64,000 bases of DNA from Candidatus Multivorans sp. (lineage in GTDB: Bacteria; Acidobacteriota; Thermoanaerobaculia; Multivoradales; Multivoraceae). The stretch spans positions 4,864,001 through 4,928,000 of the forward strand of contig OZ245033.1 of NCBI GenBank assembly GCA_965224025.1, given 5' to 3'. Both the position numbers and the translations under genes were made by a program. Shown here piece after piece: positions 18,185-27,405 of this stretch (position 1 is the first letter of the stretch; each line of letters starts with the position of its first letter). The notes under the pieces are model-generated. The model was given only the letters and a program-made list of their open reading frames with translations, ran no database searches and was not told the DNA's origin.

Positions 18185-19564
18185 TTGCAATCAGCAGGGG
18201 GTGACATCACGCGCGTTCTCATTGCCGGCATCGACGGCTATCTCGGTTGGCCGTTGGCTCAGTACCTGACGGCCCGCGGCCACGAGGTTTCCGGGATCGA
18301 TGCCGGCTTCCGCCGCGAGTGGGTCGCCGAGATGGGCGGCCGCTCCGCCTTGCCGGCCGCCTCCCTCGAGGAACGTCTCGAAGCCTTCGAGTCCGCCTAC
18401 GGCCACCGTCCCCATGTGGTCCAGGGCGACCTCACCGACAAGGAGGCGGTCTACCGGCTGTTCGAAGACGTCCAGCCGGAGGCGATCGTCCACCTGGGCG
18501 AATGCCCCTCGGCGCCGTACTCGATGATCGACGCGGACCACGCGATCTGGGTCCAGCGCAACAACATCGAGGGGACGATGAACGTCCTCTACGCGATGCG
18601 CGACCTGGCGCCGGAGTCGCACCTGGTCAAGCTGGGCACGATGGGCGAGTACGGCACGCCCAACCTGGACATACCGGAGGGCTTCTTCGAGATCGAGTAT
18701 CGCGGCCGCCGCGACCGCCTGCCCTTCCCCCGCCAGGCCGGCTCCTGGTACCACTGGAGCAAGGTCCACGACAGCAACAACGTGATGTTCGCCTGCCGCA
18801 TCTTCGGCCTCAGGGCGACCGACGTCATGCAGGGCGTCGTCTACGGCACGCGCTTCTTCGGCAGCGCCGCCGACCACCCCACCAACCCCGCGCTGCACAC
18901 CCGGCTCGACTTCGACCAGGCCTTCGGCACGGCGCTCAACCGCTTCTGCTGCCAAGCGACGATCGGCGAACCGTTGACCCTCTTCGGGCTCGGCACCCAG
19001 CGCCGCGGCTTCCTGCCGATCTGCGATTCGATGCAGTGCCTGACCCTGACGGTCGACAACCCTCCCAAGGCCGGCGACTACCGGGTGTTCAATCAGTTCG
19101 AGGAGATCTACTCGATCTCGGAACTCGCTTCCAAGGTCGCTGCCGTGGCTTCCGACATGGGTCTCGATCCGCGAATCCGGCGGATCGAGAATCCCCGCAA
19201 AGAGATGGAAGAACACCACTACAACCCGGATCACCACCATCTGCTGGCGCTGGGCTACCAGCCGACCCGGGACATGGACTCGGAGATCCGGGCGATGCTC
19301 GAAGACCTGCAGCCGCATCACGACCGGATCGAGGCGAAGCGCGAGGTACTGCTGCCCGACATCCGCTGGGACGGCAGCCGGCGGAAGTCGGCCATTCTGG
19401 ATGAAGAGACCAGCCTGGATGGAGCGACCCGTCTGGAAGGCGGCAACGGTGCGGGCCCGGACGCTCCCGCTGCCGGGAAGCCGTCAGTCGACGAGCCGGA
19501 AGCGCGAGCCGCAGATCAGGATCACACCGTCCTCACTCAGGCAGCCCCGCTCGCTCGCGGCTGA
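18185..19564 (+). CDS. sqdB: UDP-sulfoquinovose synthase
   Basis: GIDGYLGWP, SAPYSMID, HLVKLGTMGEYGTPNLDIPEG, GSWYHWSKVHDS, FGTALNRFC, NQF, NPRKEMEEHHYNP. Start ambiguous (TTG 18185 or ACG 18209). Confidence 0.92.
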   Translation: MQSAGGDITRVLIAGIDGYLGWPLAQYLTARGHEVSGIDAGFRREWVAEMGGRSALPAASLEERLEAFESAYGHRPHVVQGDLTDKEAVYRLFEDVQPEAIVHLGECPSAPYSMIDADHAIWVQRNNIEGTMNVLYAMRDLAPESHLVKLGTMGEYGTPNLDIPEGFFEIEYRGRRDRLPFPRQAGSWYHWSKVHDSNNVMFACRIFGLRATDVMQGVVYGTRFFGSAADHPTNPALHTRLDFDQAFGTALNRFCCQATIGEPLTLFGLGTQRRGFLPICDSMQCLTLTVDNPPKAGDYRVFNQFEEIYSISELASKVAAVASDMGLDPRIRRIENPRKEMEEHHYNPDHHHLLALGYQPTRDMDSEIRAMLEDLQPHHDRIEAKREVLLPDIRWDGSRRKSAILDEETSLDGATRLEGGNGAGPDAPAAGKPSVDEPEARAADQDHTVLTQAAPLARG

Positions 19565-20248
19565 ACGGGCGCGGCCGGCGTCCATCGCGCGCACATCGAT
19601 TCCACCCAGGCCTTCGGGCCGGCCGTCGGTCGGCAGAACGAAGCGCAGGTCGGCGTTCTCGAACGGTATCGTCGGCACGCCGCCGTCGTCGCGCACCGGG
19701 ATCTCGGCGATCTCGCTCCACCGCGCCGCGAGTTCGGCCGGACGGGGAGTCTGGATCTCCGCCGCCACGATCGCGTCGATGATGTCCGTCCGGCGGCACC
19801 GCTGCCAGTTCTCTCCCGCCGGTTCCCACGGCCCGTCCGGCTCCATGCCGTTCGTCTGGCAGTCGATCTCGAAGAAGGTCCCGCCCGTGTCCTTGGGATG
19901 GAGCTGCATGTTCTGGAAGCCTTGGCGCTCGAAATCGTTGACCAGGCGGATGCCCAGCTCCTCCACCCGTCTCCGCCGCGGAGCGTGGTCGTCGCACTGG
20001 GTGATGAACATGTAGCCGCCGTCGCCGCCCCGCCTCTCCAGGTAGCGGCCGCCCGCGGTGTTCTCCTCGATCGGGGCCACCACCTCGAGCAACTGGTTGC
20101 CGATTGGCAGCAGCGCGTTCTCGAGCCCGAACCGAACGATGCCGGGATCGTTGTAGCAGACCTCGATGTCGAACACGGCCTCCAGGTCCGCCACCACTGG
20201 AGCGAGTTCCTCGGCTACCAGACAGATCTGCCTCAGGCGCAACCACAT
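19484..20248 (-). CDS. VOC/glyoxalase-like protein
   Basis: LRQICLVA, FGLENALLPIG, LEVVAP, RRGGDGGYM, QLHPKDTGG. Confidence 0.85.
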   Translation of the reverse strand: MWLRLRQICLVAEELAPVVADLEAVFDIEVCYNDPGIVRFGLENALLPIGNQLLEVVAPIEENTAGGRYLERRGGDGGYMFITQCDDHAPRRRRVEELGIRLVNDFERQGFQNMQLHPKDTGGTFFEIDCQTNGMEPDGPWEPAGENWQRCRRTDIIDAIVAAEIQTPRPAELAARWSEIAEIPVRDDGGVPTIPFENADLRFVLPTDGRPEGLGGIDVRAMDAGRARSAASERGCLSEDGVILICGSRFRLVD

Positions 20249-20334
20249 GACGAGCCTCCTTCAGGTGCTTCGGTTCGGACGGGAGGCCGGATCATGGCAC
20301 GAATGCGCCAAGCCCGGACGATGTCGTGCCGCGG

Positions 20335-21528
20335 TTACGACTCCGGCCAGGAACCCCGACCTTCGAGCAGGAAGGTCAGGTGCGGGTGGTACAGCGCCGG
20401 CTCCAGCAGGAAGGAGTCATGCCCCTTGTCGGAGTGGACGATGATCCTCATGCAACTGACGCCGGCTTCCTCGAGCGTAGCCATCAGTTCGCCCTGCTCT
20501 TCGGGGTAGTAGCAAACGTCCGAGTTGATCGAGAAGATGAGGAAGCGCTGGTCCCGGCAGCGCTCGAAGGCTTCCTGGAGAGAACCGACGCCGGCAGCCG
20601 CGGCCAGATCGAACTGGCTCCAGGCATCGAGAATCCGCAAGTAGGAGTTGGCGTCGAACCGGGCCGCGAACTTCCGGCCCTGGTGCCGCATGTACGACTC
20701 GATCGGGTGGTTCACGCCGTACCAGGGCACGCCCGACGCCTCGGCCACCGTGTTCCGCGCCCGCCGCCGCAACGTGCGCAGCGACACGAAGGTCTTGTGG
20801 TTGATCTGGCGGGCGATCTTCATCCCTTCGAGTTCGGTGCCCGGCTCGTAGTTTCCGCGGTCGAACCGCGGATCGTTGGCGACCGCCTGGATCTGCTCGA
20901 AGTTGTGAATCCGCTGGAGCGGCGTCACCTCCATGCCGGCCGCGACCACGACCACGTTGCGCACCCGCTCGGGAAACATGATCGCCAGGTCGAGCACCGC
21001 CATGCCGCCGGTCGACGGGCCCACACCGGCGTGAAGCACGTCGATTCCCAGCCGGTCGACGAGGCGCATCGCCGCGCGGACCGAGTCCGAGAAGCGCACG
21101 CGGGGGAAGGAGGGACCCCAGCACTCGCCGGTGGCCGGATCGATCGTCAGCGGCCCGGTCGATCCGTAGCAGCCGCCGAGGTAGTTCACGCAGATGACGC
21201 AGAAGCGGTCCGTGTCGATCGCCCGGCCCGGGCCGATGAACTCATGCCACCAGCCGAGCACCATCTCGTCGGTCCAGGCATTGCCGAGGCCCGGCACGCC
21301 GTGGTTCGTGCCCGCCGCGTGGTGGCTCCCGGTGAGCGCGTGGAACAGCAGCACGGCGTTGTCGCGCGCGGCATTCAGTTCCCCGTACTGCTCCCATGCC
21401 AGGGTGAACTCCGACAGCGTGTCGCCGCACTTGAGTTCAAGCGGCGCCTCGAAGCGCTCGAACCGCGTCTCGACGACACCGATACCGCCGCCGGCATCCG
21501 CGCTCGGAGCACTGCGGATCGACTCCAT
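20335..21528 (-). CDS. metX: Homoserine O-acetyltransferase family
   Basis: NAVLLFHALTGSHH, GWWHEFIGPG, NYLGGCYGSTGP, GPSTGG nucleophile elbow, RFDANSY, GHDSFLLE. Confidence 0.88.
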   Translation of the reverse strand: MESIRSAPSADAGGGIGVVETRFERFEAPLELKCGDTLSEFTLAWEQYGELNAARDNAVLLFHALTGSHHAAGTNHGVPGLGNAWTDEMVLGWWHEFIGPGRAIDTDRFCVICVNYLGGCYGSTGPLTIDPATGECWGPSFPRVRFSDSVRAAMRLVDRLGIDVLHAGVGPSTGGMAVLDLAIMFPERVRNVVVVAAGMEVTPLQRIHNFEQIQAVANDPRFDRGNYEPGTELEGMKIARQINHKTFVSLRTLRRRARNTVAEASGVPWYGVNHPIESYMRHQGRKFAARFDANSYLRILDAWSQFDLAAAAGVGSLQEAFERCRDQRFLIFSINSDVCYYPEEQGELMATLEEAGVSCMRIIVHSDKGHDSFLLEPALYHPHLTFLLEGRGSWPES

Positions 21529-21534
21529 GCGCCG

Positions 21535-21594
21535 ACACTATGAGCTTGCGCCGGAGAACGCTACGGAGTGAGACCCGGCGCAAGCTCATAGTGT
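21535..21594. repeat. Perfect 20-bp inverted repeat with 20-bp spacer directly upstream of metX
   Basis: acactatgagcttgcgccgg (21535-21554) and ccggcgcaagctcatagtgt (21575-21594). Confidence 0.85.
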
Positions 21595-21683
21595 GAGGAC
21601 GGGATGGGCCGAAGGACCGAGCGAGCGAGGGCCTTCGGGGCGCTATCCCGGCGGCCGCGCGTAAGAGCCGCTCAGCAATGCGC

Positions 21684-22967
21684 TTACGGCGGCGCGGCCA
21701 TACCGCGGGGCACGAGCACCCAATAGCGGCCCCGGTGCGCCATGCGGCCGGCAATCGCCCGGGCCCGCTCGCCCGCGCCCCAGAACACGTCCCCGCGCAC
21801 CGAGCCGCGGATCGCACCGCCCGTATCCTGAGCCACCAGCAACCACTGACGGCGCTCGTCCGGAGCCTCGGGCGCGGCGGCCGGTGTCATCGCGTCGAGC
21901 CAGACGGGTACACCGAGGGGAACGTGCTGCCGGTCCACCGCCAGCGAGCGTTCCGGCGTCAACGCGACGCCCTGGGCGCCAATCGGTCCCTCGCCTCGAA
22001 TCTGGCGGAAGAAGACGTAGGAGTCGTTCGTCGCCATGACTTCCCCAGCACGGTCCGGGTGTGCCCGCAGCCAGGCGTCGATCGACTGCAGCGACACTTC
22101 TTCCAGCGTCAATTCGCCCCAGTCCACCAGGGTCCGGCCGATCGCGTGGTACGGGTGGCCGTTCTGAGCCGCGTAGCCGACCCGGAAGATCGAGCCGTCG
22201 TCGAGTTCGACCCGTCCCGATCCCTGGATGTGGAGGAAAAAGGCTTCGATCGCATCGTCCACCCAGACCAGCTCCAGGCCGCGGCCAGCGAGGGAACCGG
22301 AGGCGATCGCCTCCCGGTCGTCGAAGGGCTCGAGGCTCCTGCCCCGAACCCGCCCGGCCACCCGGCGGCCCCGGAGGTCGTCACGGAACCGACCGAGATC
22401 CACCGATACGAGGTCGGCGGGCTGCGTGTAGAGGGGCACGTTGTATCGCTGGCTGCGGCGCCGGCTGCCGTGAAGGAGCGGTTCGAAGTAGCCGGTAAAC
22501 AGACCGACCCGCTGCAACCAGCCGGAGTCTTCGCCGGGTCGTCCACCGGTGTCCCCCTCGTCGCCCCGAGAAAGCGGCACCGCGACCAGCTCACGCTCAA
22601 CGACTGCACGGACCTCCTTTTCCCCGGCCGGGCCGCCCAGACCGCGCAGGGCCTCGCAGAACGGACGCCAGTCACCTGCCGTGCCCCCGGCCTCCACCGG
22701 CTCGAGTACACGATCCGCCGGCTGGGCGGTCAGGCGGTCGCAACTTCTGAGCAGCGCCGGCAGCGTCTCCGCCACCTCGTCAGCGGTCCAGCCCGGCAGG
22801 GTCTCAATCTCGACCGACGGTCCGTAGACCTCACGCGGCGGGGCTTCGGCAGGCGGCGCTTCGACCTCCGACGAAGGAATCAACCAAGCCGCAATCCGCT
22901 CCGGCCCGATCGCCAGAACGGTTGCCACGAGCGCCCAAGCCAGCGCCAGCAACAGGGCGATCCGCAT
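21684..22967 (-). CDS. mltA: Membrane-bound lytic murein transglycosylase A
   Basis: GLFTGYFEP, FFLHIQGSG, NGHPY, SYVFF, RSLAVD, AQDTGGAIRG, DVFWG. Confidence 0.93.
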   Translation of the reverse strand: MRIALLLALAWALVATVLAIGPERIAAWLIPSSEVEAPPAEAPPREVYGPSVEIETLPGWTADEVAETLPALLRSCDRLTAQPADRVLEPVEAGGTAGDWRPFCEALRGLGGPAGEKEVRAVVERELVAVPLSRGDEGDTGGRPGEDSGWLQRVGLFTGYFEPLLHGSRRRSQRYNVPLYTQPADLVSVDLGRFRDDLRGRRVAGRVRGRSLEPFDDREAIASGSLAGRGLELVWVDDAIEAFFLHIQGSGRVELDDGSIFRVGYAAQNGHPYHAIGRTLVDWGELTLEEVSLQSIDAWLRAHPDRAGEVMATNDSYVFFRQIRGEGPIGAQGVALTPERSLAVDRQHVPLGVPVWLDAMTPAAAPEAPDERRQWLLVAQDTGGAIRGSVRGDVFWGAGERARAIAGRMAHRGRYWVLVPRGMAAPP

Positions 22968-23205
22968 CCCGCGTTCCCGCGAGACTCTTCCCCGTTTCGA
23001 CCGCGGCGCCATGCAGCGGAGACGCTAGCGCATCGGGGCGACCGCGAGACCGCGCTCTGGAAGACGCACCGGGCAAGACGAATCGGCCGCCACCTGGTCG
23101 ATTTGCCTGCAGAATCGTTCACCACGAGATCGAATTCGCAGAGATCTCGCTGACTCTCGATACAGGGCAGTATCCGTCCTGGCCTTGCCGGTACGCTTCT
23201 CAGCG

Positions 23206-24405
23206 ATGACCGAACGCCCCCTGCGCTGGCTATTCTTCTACGACTGCATCTACCCGGAATCGCTCGGCGGCGTCGAGCACCGAAACTACGAGCTGGCCCG
23301 GGAGCTGGGCCGACTCGGACACGAGGTCGTGCTGTCGGGCTGGGCCGAGTCACCAGCCGAGCCCAACCCCAACGTCCGCGTCGAACCGGTCGCGAAGGCC
23401 AGCCGCCGCTACCTCGCACGCGGCCGAAGATCCGGCCTCGACGCTCTGACACTCGCTTCCCAGGTGCACCGCATTCCGCTTGACGGCATCGACATCGTCG
23501 AGACCGCGAACATCCCGTACCTGCACCTGCCCCTCCTCGCGCGGCGCTGCCGGAGGCGGCGTATCCCGTTGCTCGTCACCTGGCACGAGCACTGGGGCCG
23601 GTACTGGCGCCAGCACCGGCCTCCGGGGCCGTTCAGCCCCGGCATGTGGCGCTTCTACGCCCTCTGCGAACACTTGTCGGCGCGCTTCGGCACGCAGGCG
23701 GTCGCGGTCAGCCGCCTCACCGCAGATCGTGTCTCCAAGGTCCGCGGCGAGACGGTCGACGTCGTCCCCAACGGCATCCCGTTCGAGAGAATCCGCGCCC
23801 TCGCGGCGGAATCGGACGCGAACGCTCCGCCCCTGGCCTACGCCGGCCGGTTGATCCCGGAGAAACGGATCGACCTGCTACTCGACGCCACGGCCAGGCT
23901 GGCGGCCACTGAAACCGGCCGCAGGCTCGTCACCGAACGCGGCGCGCTGCTCCGGATCATCGGCGGCGGTCCGGCGGAGGACGGCCTCCGCGCGCACATC
24001 GAGCGGGAGAATCTCGCCGCCATCGTCGACTTCGCCGGCCGGCTGCCCGAGAGCGAGGACGTGTGGCGCGCCGTGGCCGGCGCCGACCTCGCGGTACAGC
24101 CCTCGGCCCGCGAGGGCTTCGGACTCTTCCCGCTGGAAGCGATGGCCGCCGGCGTGCCGGTGATCCACTGCCTGTCCCCGAACAGCGCGGTGTCCGAACT
24201 CGTCCGCGACGGCCGGGAAGGATGGGCCTCCGCCGCCGACGCCGGCGAATTGTCCCGACTGCTCGAGCGGCTGCTCGGCGCACCCGCGGAAGTCGCCGCC
24301 GCCTCGCGCGCGGCCCTGGAGCGCGCGGCCGGCTATGACTGGCGCCGGGTCGCGGACCGGGTCATCGAAACCGGAAGAGAACTGGTCCGGAGCGAGCGCG
24401 CCTGA
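23206..24405 (+). CDS. Glycosyltransferase family 4
   Basis: GGVEHR, YAGRLIPEKRID, PSAREGFGLFPLEAMAAGVP. Confidence 0.9.
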   Translation: MTERPLRWLFFYDCIYPESLGGVEHRNYELARELGRLGHEVVLSGWAESPAEPNPNVRVEPVAKASRRYLARGRRSGLDALTLASQVHRIPLDGIDIVETANIPYLHLPLLARRCRRRRIPLLVTWHEHWGRYWRQHRPPGPFSPGMWRFYALCEHLSARFGTQAVAVSRLTADRVSKVRGETVDVVPNGIPFERIRALAAESDANAPPLAYAGRLIPEKRIDLLLDATARLAATETGRRLVTERGALLRIIGGGPAEDGLRAHIERENLAAIVDFAGRLPESEDVWRAVAGADLAVQPSAREGFGLFPLEAMAAGVPVIHCLSPNSAVSELVRDGREGWASAADAGELSRLLERLLGAPAEVAAASRAALERAAGYDWRRVADRVIETGRELVRSERA

Positions 24406-24449
24406 CCGCACTCCGAACGAACCGGGACTGCTGTAAGGTCTCCGCCGTC

Positions 24450-24842
24450 GTGGGGACGGTGCTGCAGGTCGAGGTTTCGCCGGGCGAACTGATCGACAAG
24501 ATCACGATCCTCGAGATCAAGGCCGAGCGGATCAGCGACCCGGACAAACTGACCAACGTCCACCGCGAGCTGCGGAGCCTGACCGCGACCCGCGAGAAAG
24601 CGCTCGACACGTCGCCGGAACTCGACGAGTTCACTGCGGAACTCCGCCGGATCAACGAGCAGCTCTGGGAGATCGAGGACGACATCCGCGACTGCGAACG
24701 GAAGTCCGACTTCGGCGGGCGCTTCGTGGAGCTCGCGCGCGCGGTCTACCGCACGAACGATCGGCGCGCCGCCGCCAAACGCGGCATCAACGAATTGCTG
24801 GGCTCGGAACTCGTCGAAGAAAAGGACTACGCCGACTACTGA
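24450..24842 (+). CDS. DUF6165 family protein
   Basis: SPGELIDKITILEIK, LWEIEDDIRDCE, FVELARAVYRTNDRRA, ELVEEK. Confidence 0.85.
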   Translation: MGTVLQVEVSPGELIDKITILEIKAERISDPDKLTNVHRELRSLTATREKALDTSPELDEFTAELRRINEQLWEIEDDIRDCERKSDFGGRFVELARAVYRTNDRRAAAKRGINELLGSELVEEKDYADY

Positions 24843-24854
24843 GCGGACCGCAGA

Positions 24855-24930
24855 CTGGGTGCGCCGGCGTCCCCGCCGGCTGCCGCCGCAGGCGGCCGGG
24901 TTGACGCGCCGGCCGCGAGGCCGGCATCCC
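24855..24930. repeat. REP/REPIN-like palindromic element between convergent genes
   Basis: ctgggtgcgccggcgtccccgccggc, then gccgccgcaggcggc, then gccggccgcgaggccggcatccc. Same architecture as 6096-6137. Confidence 0.55.
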
Positions 24931-24938
24931 TCCTTCCG

Positions 24939-25379
24939 CTACCAGGTGCCCTCGTTCGGCATCGACGCCCACGGCTCCTCGACCGGCAGGGAGCCACCGG
25001 CCTGCAGGAGCTCGATCGAGATTCCGTCGGGCGAGCGGATGAACGCCATGCGACCGTCCCGCGGCGGCCGGTTGATCACGACGCCCTGTTCCTGAAGCGA
25101 CCGGCAGGTGCGGTAGATGTCGTCGACCTCGAAGGCCAGGTGGCCGAAGTTCCGGCCTCCCGTGTAGTCCTCGGGGTCCCAGTTGTAGGTCAGTTCGAGC
25201 AACGGCGCCGTCCGCTCCCGGGCCGGCTCGACGTCCGACGGCGCGGCCAGGAACACGAGCGTGAACCGCCCCTGCTCGCTGTCGAACCGGCGCATCTCGA
25301 CCATCCCGAGCTTGCCGCAGTAGAAGGCCAGCGCCTCCTCCAGGTCGCGGACCCGAACCATCGTGTGCAGGTACTTCAT
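24939..25379 (-). CDS. gloA: Lactoylglutathione lyase (glyoxalase I)
   Basis: [48 protein letters not shown]. Confidence 0.9.
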   Translation of the reverse strand: MKYLHTMVRVRDLEEALAFYCGKLGMVEMRRFDSEQGRFTLVFLAAPSDVEPARERTAPLLELTYNWDPEDYTGGRNFGHLAFEVDDIYRTCRSLQEQGVVINRPPRDGRMAFIRSPDGISIELLQAGGSLPVEEPWASMPNEGTW

Positions 25380-25449
25380 CCTTCGTCTTCCCCCATTCTC
25401 GGCCAGCCTCCCAGCCAGCAGCGGATCGATCCGGTAGCTTACGCCCTCA

Positions 25450-26604
25450 ATGCGCATCAGGGAGGTAGTGCATCGGGTGATCGACTCGCCGATCACCCAG
25501 GTCGGGCGCTGGAAGAGCAACGCCGCCCGCGACCTCCCCCTGATCGACGTCTCCCAGGCCGCACCGACCTACCCGCCGGCCCAGGAACTGCGCGATCACA
25601 TCGCCGCCGTTGCTCAGAGTGCGGCCACGGCGACCTACACCGACCAGCAGGGAATCCTCCCACTCCGCGAGGGTCTGGCCCGCACGCTGACCGCGGACTA
25701 CGACGCCCCGGTCGCCACCTCCCAGGTCGCCGTCACCGCCGGCTGCAACCAGGCCTTCTGCCTCGCGATGATGGCGCTGACCGACCCGGGCGACGAGGTC
25801 ATCGTCCCCCTGCCCTCCTACTTCAACCACGACATGTGGCTGCGTTCCCAGGATGTCGCCCCCGTATACCTGGAGCCGGACGCCGACATGCTCCCGGACC
25901 CCGCCGCCGCCGAGGCAGCGGTGACTCCGGCCACCCGCGCAATCGTCCTCGTCACGCCGAACAACCCAACCGGCGCCGTCTACCCGCCGGATCTCCTGGA
26001 GCGCTTCTTCAAACTCGCCCGAGACCGCGGCCTGGTCCTCGTGATCGACGAGACCTACCGCGAGTTCCGCGAGCACTCCCACCCGCCGCACACGCTCTTC
26101 TCGCGTCCCGACTGGAGCGACACCCTGATCCACCTCTACAGCTTTTCAAAGGCCTATTGCATGGCGGGCTACCGGATCGGCTGCATGGCCACGAACCCCG
26201 CGCTGCTGCGGGAAACGCTCAAGATCGCCGACTGCGTCGCCCTCTGCCCCTCCCACATCGGCCAATTGGCCGCCGTCTTCTGCCTCGACCACCTCGACGC
26301 CTGGAAACGCGAGTACCGCCGCACCGTCCGTGACCGCGTCGCCTACGCCGCCAAACGCATCCGCGAAGCGAACAGCGGCTTCGAGGTCGCCTCCTCCGGC
26401 GGCTACTTCGTCTACCTCCGCCACCCCTGGGGCGACCGCTCCTCCATCGAAGTCGGCCGCAGCCTCGCCCACGACCACGGCATCCTCTGCCTAGCCGGCG
26501 CCATGTTCGGCCCCGGCCAGGACCGCCACCTCCGCCTCGCCTTCGCCAACGTCGACCTTCCCGCCATCGACGAGCTGGTGTCGCGGCTGCGACGGATGCG
26601 ATAA
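25450..26604 (+). CDS. Aminotransferase class I/II
   Basis: [40 protein letters not shown]. Confidence 0.92.
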   Translation: MRIREVVHRVIDSPITQVGRWKSNAARDLPLIDVSQAAPTYPPAQELRDHIAAVAQSAATATYTDQQGILPLREGLARTLTADYDAPVATSQVAVTAGCNQAFCLAMMALTDPGDEVIVPLPSYFNHDMWLRSQDVAPVYLEPDADMLPDPAAAEAAVTPATRAIVLVTPNNPTGAVYPPDLLERFFKLARDRGLVLVIDETYREFREHSHPPHTLFSRPDWSDTLIHLYSFSKAYCMAGYRIGCMATNPALLRETLKIADCVALCPSHIGQLAAVFCLDHLDAWKREYRRTVRDRVAYAAKRIREANSGFEVASSGGYFVYLRHPWGDRSSIEVGRSLAHDHGILCLAGAMFGPGQDRHLRLAFANVDLPAIDELVSRLRRMR

Positions 26605-26606
26605 GA

Positions 26607-26622
26607 CCCGCCTTCCGGCGGG
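26607..26622. terminator. Hairpin between convergent genes (possible terminator)
   Basis: CCCGCC-TTCC-GGCGGG directly after the stop codon; no U-tract. Confidence 0.3.
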
Positions 26623-26690
26623 CTCGTGGAGAGGGTCCACGAGTCGCTCGCGCAGGCCCCTCGACCCAAGGACCCCCCGCCGCGGAATCG

Positions 26691-26996
26691 CTACACCGTG
26701 GCTTCCAGATGCGAGCCGGATTGCAGGGTTGGCAACCGGGCGATCGCCGGTCCGTTCTTCTGCTCCGCCAACCGCAATTCGTAGAGTTTCTGGAGATTCA
26801 GCCAGAACTCCCCCGACGTGCCGAAGAACCGCCCCAAGCGCAGGGCCGTGTCGCCCGACACGGAGCGCCGACCGTTGAGAATCTCCGCGACCCGATTCGG
26901 CGGCACTTCGATCCGCCGCGCGAGTTCCGTCGCGCTGATTCCGAGGGCGTCCAGGTCCTCGCGAAGCGTCTCGCCGGGATGGATGGGCTCCCGCAT
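26691..26996 (-). CDS. higA: HigA-family addiction module antitoxin (orphan)
   Basis: PIHPGETLREDL, ELARRI, ILNGRR, DTALRLGRFFGTSGEFWLNLQKLYEL. Confidence 0.92.
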   Translation of the reverse strand: MREPIHPGETLREDLDALGISATELARRIEVPPNRVAEILNGRRSVSGDTALRLGRFFGTSGEFWLNLQKLYELRLAEQKNGPAIARLPTLQSGSHLEATV

Positions 26997-27054
26997 GCTT
27001 CATCTCCAAGCGGCGCTCCGCAGGCTCACGGCTCGCTCCGATTCGAGGGGCGGC

Positions 27055-27285
27055 GGTTCATGGCTCTTCGCTGCAGCGGAACGCCTCGGTATCGGTGATC
27101 GCCCAAACCGACGTGAACCGCGTATCCGCGGCTCCACTGCCGGCGTTCGCGGTCCACTCGTGCGGTACGCCATCGACCGGGGTCTAGACCGTGACGCGAT
27201 AGGCGAGATCCGTAGCCGGCGCCGAATACAGCCAGCGATGGCCGGTCAAGCCGCAGGCGTCCAGCAGCTTGAACGGCGGCGGACT
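27055..27285 (-). pseudogene. Fragment of a secreted-protein domain (KLLDAC..GHRW...ATDLAY) with in-frame stop
   Basis: [29 protein letters not shown], then in a shifted frame DPVDGVPHEW...AITDTEAFRC. Resembles a domain I recall from acidobacterial secreted proteins (not verified). Confidence 0.45.
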
Positions 27286-27405
27286 CGGACAGCTTCTTCT
27301 GCGGCGCGCCATCGGGCCGTAGTGGACGATCCTTGACAAGGGTCCATGCACGTCAATGTTCAGGATCATTTCAGGACTGGACAACGCTGCGTACACGCCG
27401 GAACC

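Noticed and set aside
21529-21683. SAM-I riboswitch upstream of metX
   Set aside because: The conserved SAM-I core (AUC..GAG / GCAACC / GUGC) is not evident by eye, so it is reported only as a hairpin.
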